40,382 nt of DNA from Chthoniobacteraceae bacterium (GCA_043776145.1 JAYVRQ010000742.1:1-40382); one strand, 5' to 3'. Shown: positions 17,296 to 26,638, counted from the stretch's first letter. Numbers and translations are program-made. Notes: generated by a model not told the origin, from the sequence alone.

Positions 17296-18015
17296 ATGGA
17301 TATTGCGACGCTGATCCGAAACGCAATCTGGAAGAGTGTCGGTTTGATGCCTCTGAGTCGGAGATTGCAGGTACGCGCTTCTTTGATCGAGTACGGATGG
17401 AGCCAGTTTGAAAACGAGTGGTGCTATTTGTCACGACTAGGGCCGAACCGCGGCCTTGCCATTGATATAGGGGCGAACCGTGGCTTCTACTCGTTGAAAC
17501 TCGCGGAACTTTATGAGCGTGTAATCGCGTTTGAGCCGAATCTGGAGATTTCAGTTGAACTCGCAGCACTGAATAATCGTAAGATTGAACTGCACTCGAA
17601 AGCGCTATCATCCGAGCGCGGTATCGGTGTGCTCCATATCCCCCGGACAAATAGGGAGGAGCTTGATGGATGGGCTAGTTTTGAACCTGTGCCTTGTCCA
17701 GACATCGTCGGACGGCGAAGTTTCAACGTGCAAAAGCACCGTTTGGATGATTTCATGCTTCGAAACGTCGGATTCATTAAAATCGATGTTGAAGGGCACG
17801 AATTAGAAGTTCTAAAAGGATCACTGGACACGCTCGCAAACTCCGATCCTGGAATTCTTATTGAGATTCGATCTGCGAATCAACGCCCGATCTTTGATCT
17901 GCTGGAAAGCCAAGGCTATGCGCGAATCGATCATGCCTCTAAACTAGATGGTCCACCAAGCGTCGGATTGTTCCTATTTGAGCGTGATGGCTCCGAAATG
18001 CACTCGAGAGCTTGA
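17296..18015 (+). CDS. FkbM family methyltransferase
   Basis: IDIGANRGFYSLKLAELYERVIAFEPN (SAM motif I / post-I) and FIKIDVEGHELEVLKG, typical of Methyltransf_21. Confidence 0.85.
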   Translation: MDIATLIRNAIWKSVGLMPLSRRLQVRASLIEYGWSQFENEWCYLSRLGPNRGLAIDIGANRGFYSLKLAELYERVIAFEPNLEISVELAALNNRKIELHSKALSSERGIGVLHIPRTNREELDGWASFEPVPCPDIVGRRSFNVQKHRLDDFMLRNVGFIKIDVEGHELEVLKGSLDTLANSDPGILIEIRSANQRPIFDLLESQGYARIDHASKLDGPPSVGLFLFERDGSEMHSRA

Positions 18016-18662
18016 TTGGCAACTCTTACAATCCACGGACCTTCAACGCTGCAGCGAAAACGCATATGAAAGTTTTCGTCCACCGAGTATGGCGCAGGCT
18101 AATTCTTCTAGGTAGTCCGTCATCTCTGTTCCGTGTCATCGTCTGGCGAGTACGCGGCTCTAGAATCGGACCTGGAACCAGCCTCCCCGCCAGGACACAG
18201 GCAACCTGGCCGCATCAAGTGGAGATCGGCAGGGACTGCATTTTACAGACAGATGTTTTTTTTAATTATAGCCACTTCTGGACTTCGGGACCGTCAATCC
18301 GCATCCGCGACCGAGTGTTTGTAGGGCGGGGTGTGGAATTCAATATCCAGGGAGGAATCGAGATTGGTGAGGACAGCTTGATCGCATCGGGCTGCGTCTT
18401 CGTGGATCACGACCACGGCACAAAAGGGGACGTGCCTATGAATCAGCAAGAGTCGGTCATTCAGCCAATCACAATCGAACGAAACGTCTGGATTGGCACG
18501 AATGTGGTTGTTCTGAAGGGGGTCACGATCGGGGAAGGAGCCGTGGTGGCCGCGGGTGCGATCGTTACCAAGACAATTCCTCCCGGTGAGGTATGGGGAG
18601 GAGTTCCGGCGAGGATGTTGCGAGACCATCCTGCAACCAGTGCTGACGAGCACCGCAGATGA
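18012..18662 (+). CDS. Hexapeptide-repeat (LbH) O-acetyltransferase
   Basis: Left-handed beta-helix repeats, ending in NVWIGTNVVVLKGVTIGEGAVVAAGAIVTKTIPPGEVWGGVPAR. TTG 18012 overlaps the upstream stop (TTGA), and ATG 18066 is an alternative start. Confidence 0.85.
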   Translation: MIGNSYNPRTFNAAAKTHMKVFVHRVWRRLILLGSPSSLFRVIVWRVRGSRIGPGTSLPARTQATWPHQVEIGRDCILQTDVFFNYSHFWTSGPSIRIRDRVFVGRGVEFNIQGGIEIGEDSLIASGCVFVDHDHGTKGDVPMNQQESVIQPITIERNVWIGTNVVVLKGVTIGEGAVVAAGAIVTKTIPPGEVWGGVPARMLRDHPATSADEHRR

Positions 18663-18738
18663 GTCAGCAATTACGACGGAGCGATGCAGCCCCTGCAAAG
18701 GAAAGCATGCCTTATGGGACTCTTACTTCGAAAACCAG

Positions 18739-19995
18739 ATGAACCTGGCGCTCACCGGTTTTGTGTCCGAGCAATCCGGCAGTGTGGCATCGGCCAATGC
18801 CTTGCTATTACAGCGACTCTTAGTGCAAGGGCACCAAATCGATTTCTTTTCCAAAGCCGCTTTCGTCGATCCCCGGCCTTTGGTTGGGGAGCAGTCTGGT
18901 TTTCGATTCGTCAATGTCACAAACGACGGACCGGATCGTTTTCGACAGAAAGTGGAGAAGGTGGCCGGGCTAAGTTTCGCTGCCGCCCGACTTGATGCTT
19001 GGACTTACAACAGAAAGCTGGTCCGGTTGATTGCTGAAACGCATCAAAGACGGAATTATGCTGCCTGTTTATGGTTAGGTGATTATGCGCGCGGGACGGT
19101 GCCGGGTGTGCCCACGATCAGTTTTGCTCAGGGTCCGCCAGGCACAGACGCCCGCGCCGTGCTGGCGCGGAGTGCGGAGATTCGCAGGCTCGCCGGATTT
19201 CGCCAGGCGCTAAAATGGACAACTCTTGCGAAAATTCGACTCTCCTCTGTCGGTTTGCCTCCGATCCGCAAATCAGACCACATCATTGTCGGCAGCCAGC
19301 AATCGTGCCGGACTCTGAATCAAAGGTATGGCATCGACTTATCGCGTCTGTCGTCAGTGCCGTACCCGATCGACTTGGATCATTTCAAACCGCAAAGCAT
19401 TGAGCGGAATACTCAAAGCGGAAATGGCGCTCTGCGCATACTTTGGCTTGGTCGGATCGTGCCGAGAAAAAGGCTCGATCTATTTCTCGATGGCGCTTCG
19501 CTCGCCATTCGGCAAGGGATTAACATTCAGTTGAGCATTGTCGGTGCTGTGGGTTTTGTATCAGGCTATGAAAAGCTCATTGGGGAGTTTCCCTTTGCCG
19601 AACGACTTGAATGGATCAAGGGAATTGAGAGGCGTAAAGTTCCCGGCGTGATGCAACGGCACGATGTGCTGGCGCAACCAAGTGACGAAGAGGATTTTGG
19701 ATCATCCGCGGCCGAAGCGCAGGCCTGTGGCCTGCCGGTCATTGTTGGGAGATCCAATGGAAATGCAGATTATCTCTGTTCGCGGGATCTTCATTTGCGG
19801 GATGACCGGCCGGAGACCTTTGCCGAAACATTGCGCGAGATGGCTGCTCGGAGGAAGGATGGTCGCTGGGGGGAGACTACCGAATCGCGAAAATTAGCGG
19901 AGGAGAAATTTGCCATCGAAGGCGTCGCTGCTCAGTTGACGGACGTCCTTCAGAGGGTGACGGGCCGATCGTACACTTCGGCAGTTTCGGGATGA
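18739..19995 (+). CDS. Glycosyltransferase, GT-B fold (GT4-like)
   Basis: RILWLGRIVPRKRLD ... SDEEDFGSSAAEAQACGLPVIVGRSNG (E-x7-E). The track ORF starts at 18556 inside the acetyltransferase gene, so ATG 18739 (MNLALTGFVSEQSGS) is preferred. Confidence 0.8.
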   Translation: MNLALTGFVSEQSGSVASANALLLQRLLVQGHQIDFFSKAAFVDPRPLVGEQSGFRFVNVTNDGPDRFRQKVEKVAGLSFAAARLDAWTYNRKLVRLIAETHQRRNYAACLWLGDYARGTVPGVPTISFAQGPPGTDARAVLARSAEIRRLAGFRQALKWTTLAKIRLSSVGLPPIRKSDHIIVGSQQSCRTLNQRYGIDLSRLSSVPYPIDLDHFKPQSIERNTQSGNGALRILWLGRIVPRKRLDLFLDGASLAIRQGINIQLSIVGAVGFVSGYEKLIGEFPFAERLEWIKGIERRKVPGVMQRHDVLAQPSDEEDFGSSAAEAQACGLPVIVGRSNGNADYLCSRDLHLRDDRPETFAETLREMAARRKDGRWGETTESRKLAEEKFAIEGVAAQLTDVLQRVTGRSYTSAVSG

Positions 19996-21146
19996 GGCTT
20001 GGACTGATCAGTGCTGCCTACCCTCCCGATCTGGATGGAATTGGAGATTACACTTGGTGGATGGCTCGCACTCTTGCGGAACGCGAGGATGTGAAAGCTC
20101 CGGTGGTTGTGTTCACGCGCGTTGGCGACAATCACAAGCAATCAGCCGGTGTGGAAATTTCGAGATTTTTTGATTTTAATCGCCCTGAGACATTTTCCCG
20201 GCTTCGATCAATCGTTGAATCTGGCTATAACAACCCTGAGCAGCGGCTGGCTTGGCTGGTCCTGCAATACAACCCATTTAGTTGGGGCAGGCGCGGTTAC
20301 TGTCCGCGCGTTCCATCGACTTTGCACCGCCTCCGCGAAGGATGCAGCCGCATCCGTCTGGCCGTGATGTTCCATGAGACGACGGTTCCCAAGTGGCCCT
20401 GGCGTTTCTTGCTCATGTTCACATGGCAGTATCCGATCTTTAGAAAGGTGTGCCGCACTGCGGATGTAGCTTTCATCTCCACTGCTCGCTGGACGCCTCA
20501 TATCCGCCGGACAGCACCAAGCCTGCCGATACACCACCTGCCAGTTGGTTCAAATATCCCGCTATGCAACGTATCGAGAAATGCAGCCCGGATGGAGTTG
20601 GGAATTGATCCCGACACACTCGTTCTCGGCGTATTCGGGAGTGCGCATATCAGCCGACAACTCGACTGGATTGCCGCTACCTTCGTGGAGGCAAAACGAA
20701 GGCACCCCTGGCGCAGGACCATGCTACTCTACGTTGGTCCCGAAGGGAGTGCGATGCGGCACGCTTTGGGCGATGCAGAGATGGTCGATTGCGGAGCATT
20801 GCCAGCGGAGGAGGTGGGTAATCGACTACTCGCCATGGACGCCGCCATCTCGCCTTTCCTCGATGGCATATCGACTCGCCGCGGCTCCGTGATGGCGCTC
20901 CTGCAACATGGCATTCCCGTCGCCACGACTCAGCTTTCATGGACAGACGAACTATTCCGAACGGCACTTCCCACTGGAATGCTCGTTTCATCTGCAGCGT
21001 CTGCGAAAACATTTGCCGAGGAGGCTGTGACTTGGATCGATCACCTCCCATCCGGCGGAGTACCGGACCCCGGCGCGAAGCGCTTTTTCGAACGCAATTT
21101 CAGCTGGCATGGCATCGCCGACACCATGATGCGACACCTATGTTGA
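19992..21146 (+). CDS. Glycosyltransferase, GT-B fold (family 1/4-like, divergent)
   Basis: MRLGLISAAYPPDLDGIGDYT at the N-terminus, LVLGVFGSAHISRQLD, and STRRGSVMALLQHGIPVATT in the C-terminal Rossmann half. ATGA overlap with the upstream gene. Confidence 0.75.
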   Translation: MRLGLISAAYPPDLDGIGDYTWWMARTLAEREDVKAPVVVFTRVGDNHKQSAGVEISRFFDFNRPETFSRLRSIVESGYNNPEQRLAWLVLQYNPFSWGRRGYCPRVPSTLHRLREGCSRIRLAVMFHETTVPKWPWRFLLMFTWQYPIFRKVCRTADVAFISTARWTPHIRRTAPSLPIHHLPVGSNIPLCNVSRNAARMELGIDPDTLVLGVFGSAHISRQLDWIAATFVEAKRRHPWRRTMLLYVGPEGSAMRHALGDAEMVDCGALPAEEVGNRLLAMDAAISPFLDGISTRRGSVMALLQHGIPVATTQLSWTDELFRTALPTGMLVSSAASAKTFAEEAVTWIDHLPSGGVPDPGAKRFFERNFSWHGIADTMMRHLC

Positions 21147-21952
21147 TGGCTGGATTCACAAAACGTCTGAATCGGTTTCCGTTATTTCGGGACGGCTTTG
21201 CATTAATCGGTCATTGGAGGATGCGCCGCCATTTCACTAAAATAGGCATGACCAACCTCGAACAGCGAACGAGCAAAATGCTTCCGCTCTCGGTGCAGAA
21301 AGGACCGTTCGCTGGACTGAAATTGCTCAAGCGGGCTTGCGGGTCCGTATGGATCCCGAAGGTGCTCGGCAGTTACGAAATGGAACTGGATTTTGCTGTG
21401 GAGGAAATAGTGCGGATGAGCCCAGATGTCATTGTGGATGTGGGTTGTGCCGAGGGATATTTCGCGGTTGGTTTCGCGTACCGTGTTGCCGGGGCCAAGC
21501 TGATAGCCGCAGACACAAATCCCGTCGCAAGAATAATGGTTCGTAAAATGGCTGTGATGAACAAAGTGCAGGATCGAATTGTAACAACCGGCTGGATAAC
21601 TAGCGCAAAACTCGAATATCTTCTATCCCCTGCAAGCAAGCCTGTTGTTTGGTGCGACATCGAAGGTGGCGAATGGGCGTTGCTTGATCCAAAGAGGGTG
21701 CCGTCATTGCGGAAGGCTTGGATCCTAGTCGAGGACCATGAACACGCAACGGGGATGCCCCTTGGGGGATTGATTGACCGTTTTTATGCCACTCACGACC
21801 ATCGGCTCATCGGTCAAAGTTCCCGACATGCTGCGGATTGGGTGCCGCGGGAATTGACGCCCGCTCTTTCTGAGGACGATCGCGAATCTATGATGTCTGA
21901 ATTGCGCCCGCCCGGCCAGAAATGGATTTTCTTGAAACCAAAAGACGACTGA
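21140..21952 (+). CDS. Putative SAM-dependent methyltransferase (FkbM-related)
   Basis: DVIVDVGCAEGYFAVGFAYRVAGAKLIAAD (motif I / post-I like) and VVWCDIEGGEWALL (compare FkbM DVEGxE). The ATG at 21140 overlaps the upstream stop by 7 nt. The track ORF start at 20939 lies inside the previous gene. Confidence 0.6.
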   Translation: MLMAGFTKRLNRFPLFRDGFALIGHWRMRRHFTKIGMTNLEQRTSKMLPLSVQKGPFAGLKLLKRACGSVWIPKVLGSYEMELDFAVEEIVRMSPDVIVDVGCAEGYFAVGFAYRVAGAKLIAADTNPVARIMVRKMAVMNKVQDRIVTTGWITSAKLEYLLSPASKPVVWCDIEGGEWALLDPKRVPSLRKAWILVEDHEHATGMPLGGLIDRFYATHDHRLIGQSSRHAADWVPRELTPALSEDDRESMMSELRPPGQKWIFLKPKDD

Positions 21953-21954
21953 TT

Positions 21955-23082
21955 GTGTCGGAGCGTCTTGAAATCTTAATGGTGATGCCTCAAGCGAATC
22001 TGGGAGGCGGCGCGGAGGTGATGCTGTTGAATTTCCTGCTTGGCCTGCGAGAGGTGCGGCCTGAATGGCGGTGTTCGGTGGCCTTCTTGCGACCGGGGCC
22101 GTTCGTGGATATTTTGAAAGAGGCTGGTCTTTCCGTAGTCTCCGTGCTGAATGTTCGCTTCCGAAATCCGATTATTTGCGCACGCGCTGTTTTTCAGTTG
22201 TCGCGAGAGATTAAGACCCGTCGGATGGACATGGTCTTTTCATGGCTGGGATATGGTCAGATTTTCGGAGGCATCGCGGCGTTTTTGGCGGGCGTGCCCT
22301 CGCTCTGGTATCAGATCGGTTCCGCCGACGGGGTGACGGATCGGGTGGCGACTCTTTTGCCCGCGCGTCGAATCCTTTGCGTCTCCCGCCACGTTGCCAT
22401 GTGGCAGGGCAGGATGTGGCCCCGACATCCTTTGACTTCGGTTTGGCCTGGAATTGATCTGGAACCTTTCTCGATAGCGAGGCAGCATGAACTAAGCGGT
22501 CTGCGCTCACGACTGGGATTGCCAGTCGATGGCTTCCTGGCCGTGATGGTCGGCCGCCTTCAGCGATGGAAGGGAATGCATACCGCCATCGAGGCGATGG
22601 CGAAAGTACGGATGGCATTTCCGAATGCCCGCCTTTGCATCGTGGGTGGTGTGCATGACCTTGAACCGAATTACCTCTCTGATCTCGAAAAGACAATTGC
22701 CCGGCTTGGTCTTACCGACTGCGTTCGCATGGCCGGACTGCAAAGTAATATCGCGGAATGGATGAGCGCAGCGGATGTGGTAATCCACGCATCGCTGGCT
22801 GAGCCATTTGGCATCGTGGCGATCGAGGCTATGGCCTGCGGACGCCCCGTGATCACAGGCAGCGACGGTGGTGTGGGTGAAGCGGTGCGGGACGGAATGG
22901 AAGGAATCCATGTGCGTTTCGGCGACCATCTGAAACTGGCCGATGCAATGATCGAGATTTTCGGCAACCCTGATTTCGCTGCTAAGATGGGTCTTCGCGG
23001 CCTCGAACGGGCACAACTATTTACCCGCGACCGTTATGCCGAGGATATTTGTAAAGCAATGGAGGAATGCAGAGAGCCATAG
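21955..23082 (+). CDS. Glycosyltransferase, GT-B fold (GT4-like)
   Basis: LEILMVMPQANLGGGAEV at the N-terminus, VGRLQRWKGMH, and SLAEPFGIVAIEAMACGRPVITGSDGG. GTG 21955 lies just after the upstream stop, and ATG 21979 is an alternative. Confidence 0.85.
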   Translation: MSERLEILMVMPQANLGGGAEVMLLNFLLGLREVRPEWRCSVAFLRPGPFVDILKEAGLSVVSVLNVRFRNPIICARAVFQLSREIKTRRMDMVFSWLGYGQIFGGIAAFLAGVPSLWYQIGSADGVTDRVATLLPARRILCVSRHVAMWQGRMWPRHPLTSVWPGIDLEPFSIARQHELSGLRSRLGLPVDGFLAVMVGRLQRWKGMHTAIEAMAKVRMAFPNARLCIVGGVHDLEPNYLSDLEKTIARLGLTDCVRMAGLQSNIAEWMSAADVVIHASLAEPFGIVAIEAMACGRPVITGSDGGVGEAVRDGMEGIHVRFGDHLKLADAMIEIFGNPDFAAKMGLRGLERAQLFTRDRYAEDICKAMEECREP

Positions 23083-23200
23083 CAAAATCAGCACTTCACC
23101 GATGACTCAGTACATTTACTTGTTTGCATTGATCGCGCCAAATTTGATCTATTACCCAAGCGATGATCGAATTGATGTTGGTTGTCATTGACTAGTCCTC

Positions 23201-24595
23201 ATGGAATGGAACATCACCATCATTGTTTGCGTCATCGGCTTGGGCCTTGCCTTTGCCAAAACTACATGGATCGTCGATTATACCGTTTTCGTTTTTGTTT
23301 TTAACCGTGGACTACGACGGCTCGTCGATTATTACGTCAACGAGAGTTTTAATCCGTTATCCCCCATTAGCCTTACGCCGTTGATCGTGTCGGGGGCGAT
23401 GGCGTTGCCACTGGCGCTTGGATTCAAGAGGCTTCCCAGCTCGGCCAAAACAATATTTCTATGCTTTGCGGGCGCGATGGGCTACGCGTTTGCTGTCGGA
23501 TTTTTCAATCAAGGGTTTGCTGCCATTTATGCTTTTGGGGAGGTGCTGGCGCCGGTGGCGATGGCGGGCTATGTGGTTTCTCTCAATGCGGCGGCGTCAG
23601 TGCGCGACCGCTGGATTCGCAGCTTTTCCTGGGCTGCCGTCCTCGCAAGCGCGTATGGATGGTACCAGTATCTGACGATTCCACCGTGGGATGCGTTCTG
23701 GCTTAAGGAAGTGGGGATGATTGGTTACATGGGGATTCCAGAGCCGACCAAAATGAGTGTCTTCTCAACGATGGGTGAGCGCGGGCCTCTGGCTGTTTAT
23801 CTCGGATTTGCGCTCGTACCCATGATCGTATCCCCCAAGTGGCGCACTTTCCTCGGGTGGCCTGCGGTGCTGCTGGTTCTGTCAACGATTGTTCTCACCC
23901 TGTCCCGCGGTGGCATCTTAATTGCCCTCATCGGTACGCTCATCTTTCTGCTCGTGAACCGGGGCGCAAAAGTAGGTCAGATTGCGATTGCATCGGTGGT
24001 GGTTGGTTTGGCGGCGTGGTTTGGCATCGGGCTGATGCCTGGGTCCGAACGGCTCATAGAACGATTTGAGACTCTTGGAAATATGGAGGAAGACGGGTCG
24101 TTTCAAGGTCGAATGGAGATTATGGCCGGCGGCACTGGTGCTATTTTGAAAAATCCGTTAGGCGGTGGGCTGGGGGCATCCGGTCTTGCGACACGGGTAA
24201 ATACCGGTGGGACGGGGACAACTACTTCATTCGGTGACGCTGGATATTTTCAGATATTCCTCGTCTATGGAATTATTGGCAGCACACTCTTGTTGGCGGC
24301 GCTCATTCTCGCCTGGAAGCGGCTGGGCATTTACTTCCGGGTCGCCACGCTAAGGAACGAACATGTCTTGCTCGTCCGCGCCCTGATGATCGCCATGATC
24401 CCTGCATGTGCTGCCGGGGATATGCTCACGGGCTTTTCCATCTTTTGGCTGGCCCTGGGCTGCGGACTCGCGATTCCTCCTTCCGCGGTCGCAAAAACGA
24501 TGGCGCTTCTCGAAGCCGCACGAGTGGGTGCGAAACGATCGGATGAGGGACTTGTCGGGTCAACGTCCGGCTTGGGTGCTTCAGGGACGAAATGA
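23201..24595 (+). CDS. O-antigen polymerase/ligase family (Wzy_C) membrane protein
   Basis: 464 aa with about 10-12 TM segments. It carries LSTIVLTLSRGGILIALIGTLIFLLV (Wzy_C SRG motif) and a large loop with GGGLGASGLATR. Confidence 0.8.
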   Translation: MEWNITIIVCVIGLGLAFAKTTWIVDYTVFVFVFNRGLRRLVDYYVNESFNPLSPISLTPLIVSGAMALPLALGFKRLPSSAKTIFLCFAGAMGYAFAVGFFNQGFAAIYAFGEVLAPVAMAGYVVSLNAAASVRDRWIRSFSWAAVLASAYGWYQYLTIPPWDAFWLKEVGMIGYMGIPEPTKMSVFSTMGERGPLAVYLGFALVPMIVSPKWRTFLGWPAVLLVLSTIVLTLSRGGILIALIGTLIFLLVNRGAKVGQIAIASVVVGLAAWFGIGLMPGSERLIERFETLGNMEEDGSFQGRMEIMAGGTGAILKNPLGGGLGASGLATRVNTGGTGTTTSFGDAGYFQIFLVYGIIGSTLLLAALILAWKRLGIYFRVATLRNEHVLLVRALMIAMIPACAAGDMLTGFSIFWLALGCGLAIPPSAVAKTMALLEAARVGAKRSDEGLVGSTSGLGASGTK

Positions 24596-24620
24596 TGGAA
24601 TGCAGGCGTCCTTCCACCGA

Positions 24621-25817
24621 ATGAAAGTGGCGTTCTGCATGATCAACTGCAACCGGCGCGATGGCAGTGCGCGGGCGGTGAACGAGGTCGCGGAGCGACT
24701 TTCAGACCGACACGAAATTCATCTTTATGCCCGGCAGGCAGAAGATTTAGATCTTGGGAAGGTAACGTGGCATCGTGTGGCCGGGCCTGGCTGGCCGGAG
24801 GTGGCGGACTTCGCCAGCTATCATCAGATTGTTGGGTGGATGCTAGCGGGGCACCGGTTCGACATCGTGCATTCCATCGGATGCAATGCGCCGGACGCCG
24901 ATGTGATTACAATCCAGAATATACAGCCTGCAAAGCGCAAGATATTAAGGCGGCTGGATCGTGGCGGACCGCTGTCACCGGCACGCAAATTCACGCGGAT
25001 GCTCTATCTGCGCGTGACGACCGTGGCAGAGCGCAGACTTTATACACACCACGCGAACCGGAGGACTCCCTTGTTTCTGCCTGTGTCGCGTGGCGTCGAG
25101 GCCGAATTGCGAGCGCACTATGATATCGGCCCTGCTTCCGTGCAGATCATTCCGAATGCGGCGGATACCACCGTGTTTCATCCGATTTCCGAGCCTGAGC
25201 GGATTACTTGGCGGCAGGCCAATGGTGTCCCCGCGGATGCTCCATTACTAATTTTTTCCGGTGGGGAATGGGCCCGCAAAGGGCTCGACGATGCCTTGCG
25301 TGGGCTGGCAAGACTGATGCGCCCAGATGTTTACCTTTTCGTTGCGGGAGATGATGCGGATCGGGAAAGCTATCGTTCGCTCGCTCGGGAACTCGGCGTC
25401 GCCGCGCAGGTGGTCTTCGGCGGCTTCCGGCGCGATGTCGCGCTGGCGATGGCGGCGTCGGACATATTTCTTTTTCCGAGTTGGTATGAAGCATTCAGCC
25501 TGGCAACTATCGAAGCGGCTGCCTGCGGTCTTCCGATCATCGCAACGCGCATCAATGGCACCGAGGATTTCATTCAGCCGGGTGTTACGGGTGAATTTAT
25601 CGAGCGCGATGCGGAGCAGATGGCGGTGGTCTTGCGGCGAATGGTCGATGATCCACAGTTGCGGCGTGAGATGGGGGCGAACGCGCGCCGTCTCGTCGAG
25701 GAGCGATATACTTGGGATCGCGTCAGTGAACTGACCGAAGCCGCGTATCAACAACATCTGGCTTGCAGGGGAATCTCCCGGCCCGGGCAAAATCAAACCC
25801 AACCCTACGCGCCGTGA
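24621..25817 (+). CDS. Glycosyltransferase, GT-B fold (GT4-like)
   Basis: MKVAFCMINCNRRDGSARAV at the N-terminus, and SWYEAFSLATIEAAACGLPIIATRINGTEDFI. ATG 24600 is an alternative start. The track start 24408 lies inside the Wzy gene. Confidence 0.85.
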   Translation: MKVAFCMINCNRRDGSARAVNEVAERLSDRHEIHLYARQAEDLDLGKVTWHRVAGPGWPEVADFASYHQIVGWMLAGHRFDIVHSIGCNAPDADVITIQNIQPAKRKILRRLDRGGPLSPARKFTRMLYLRVTTVAERRLYTHHANRRTPLFLPVSRGVEAELRAHYDIGPASVQIIPNAADTTVFHPISEPERITWRQANGVPADAPLLIFSGGEWARKGLDDALRGLARLMRPDVYLFVAGDDADRESYRSLARELGVAAQVVFGGFRRDVALAMAASDIFLFPSWYEAFSLATIEAAACGLPIIATRINGTEDFIQPGVTGEFIERDAEQMAVVLRRMVDDPQLRREMGANARRLVEERYTWDRVSELTEAAYQQHLACRGISRPGQNQTQPYAP

Positions 25818-26635
25818 ACATTGCCCGACTGCTTGCGAGCTGCATCCCGCCGGAAGTCATACGCTGGTGTGGTCGCCAGCAATTTGAATATCCCGCACTC
25901 GGACCATTAATCCGCCTGGGAGCGCGCTTGATTCGCTCTGGAGTCGCGAAGATTCAGCATGGTCCGGGAAAGGGACTCTTCATCGATGCGAGTCTGGGTT
26001 TTTCCGGGTATGCCCTGGGCACTACTGAACCGGAAGAGCAGCTTGCTTTGCAAGCCATGCTTAGTCCTGGCGACAGCTTCTGGAATGTCGGCGCGAATAT
26101 TGGGTTTCATGCCATCCTGGGTGCGCGCTTCGTTGGAGGCGAAGGCCGTGTTGTTGCGTTCGAGCCGGCGCCGGATATTGCTCAAATGGCAGTCAAAAAT
26201 GCCCGGCTCAACCACTTCAACCATGTAACCGTAGTCCGAAAGGCGGTTTCAGACTCATCCGGGAAAGTGCATCTTTTTTTCGGGGATGCGTCGGCTGTGA
26301 ATACAATCGTCGGCGAACGCTCATCCAGTGATGCAAGCGTGGAAGTGGACAGTGTGACGCTGGACGACTATCTGCAAGAATCGGATCGCCCGCCAAACGT
26401 GATCTCAATTGATGTGGAAGGAGCGGAACTGCAAGTCCTGACAGGTGCGTTGAAACTGATCCGACTTTGCAAGCCGCGCATGTTACTCGAGCTTCACTGG
26501 CTTCAGAAAGAGTTCTATCAATTCCATGACCAGCACCTGGCCGGGCTGGGTTATGGCTTGTTTGATCTAAATTTAGCGCCCTACTTCCGCAAGCCTGAGC
26601 CGATAAGAGAGCATCTCGTTATCTCGCTGATCTAA
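25814..26635 (+). CDS. FkbM family methyltransferase
   Basis: FWNVGANIGFHAILGARFVGGEGRVVAFEPAP and VISIDVEGAELQVLTG. GTG 25814 overlaps the upstream stop (GTGA). TTG 25763 is the track start. Confidence 0.85.
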   Translation: MNIARLLASCIPPEVIRWCGRQQFEYPALGPLIRLGARLIRSGVAKIQHGPGKGLFIDASLGFSGYALGTTEPEEQLALQAMLSPGDSFWNVGANIGFHAILGARFVGGEGRVVAFEPAPDIAQMAVKNARLNHFNHVTVVRKAVSDSSGKVHLFFGDASAVNTIVGERSSSDASVEVDSVTLDDYLQESDRPPNVISIDVEGAELQVLTGALKLIRLCKPRMLLELHWLQKEFYQFHDQHLAGLGYGLFDLNLAPYFRKPEPIREHLVISLI

Positions 26636-26638
26636 AGG

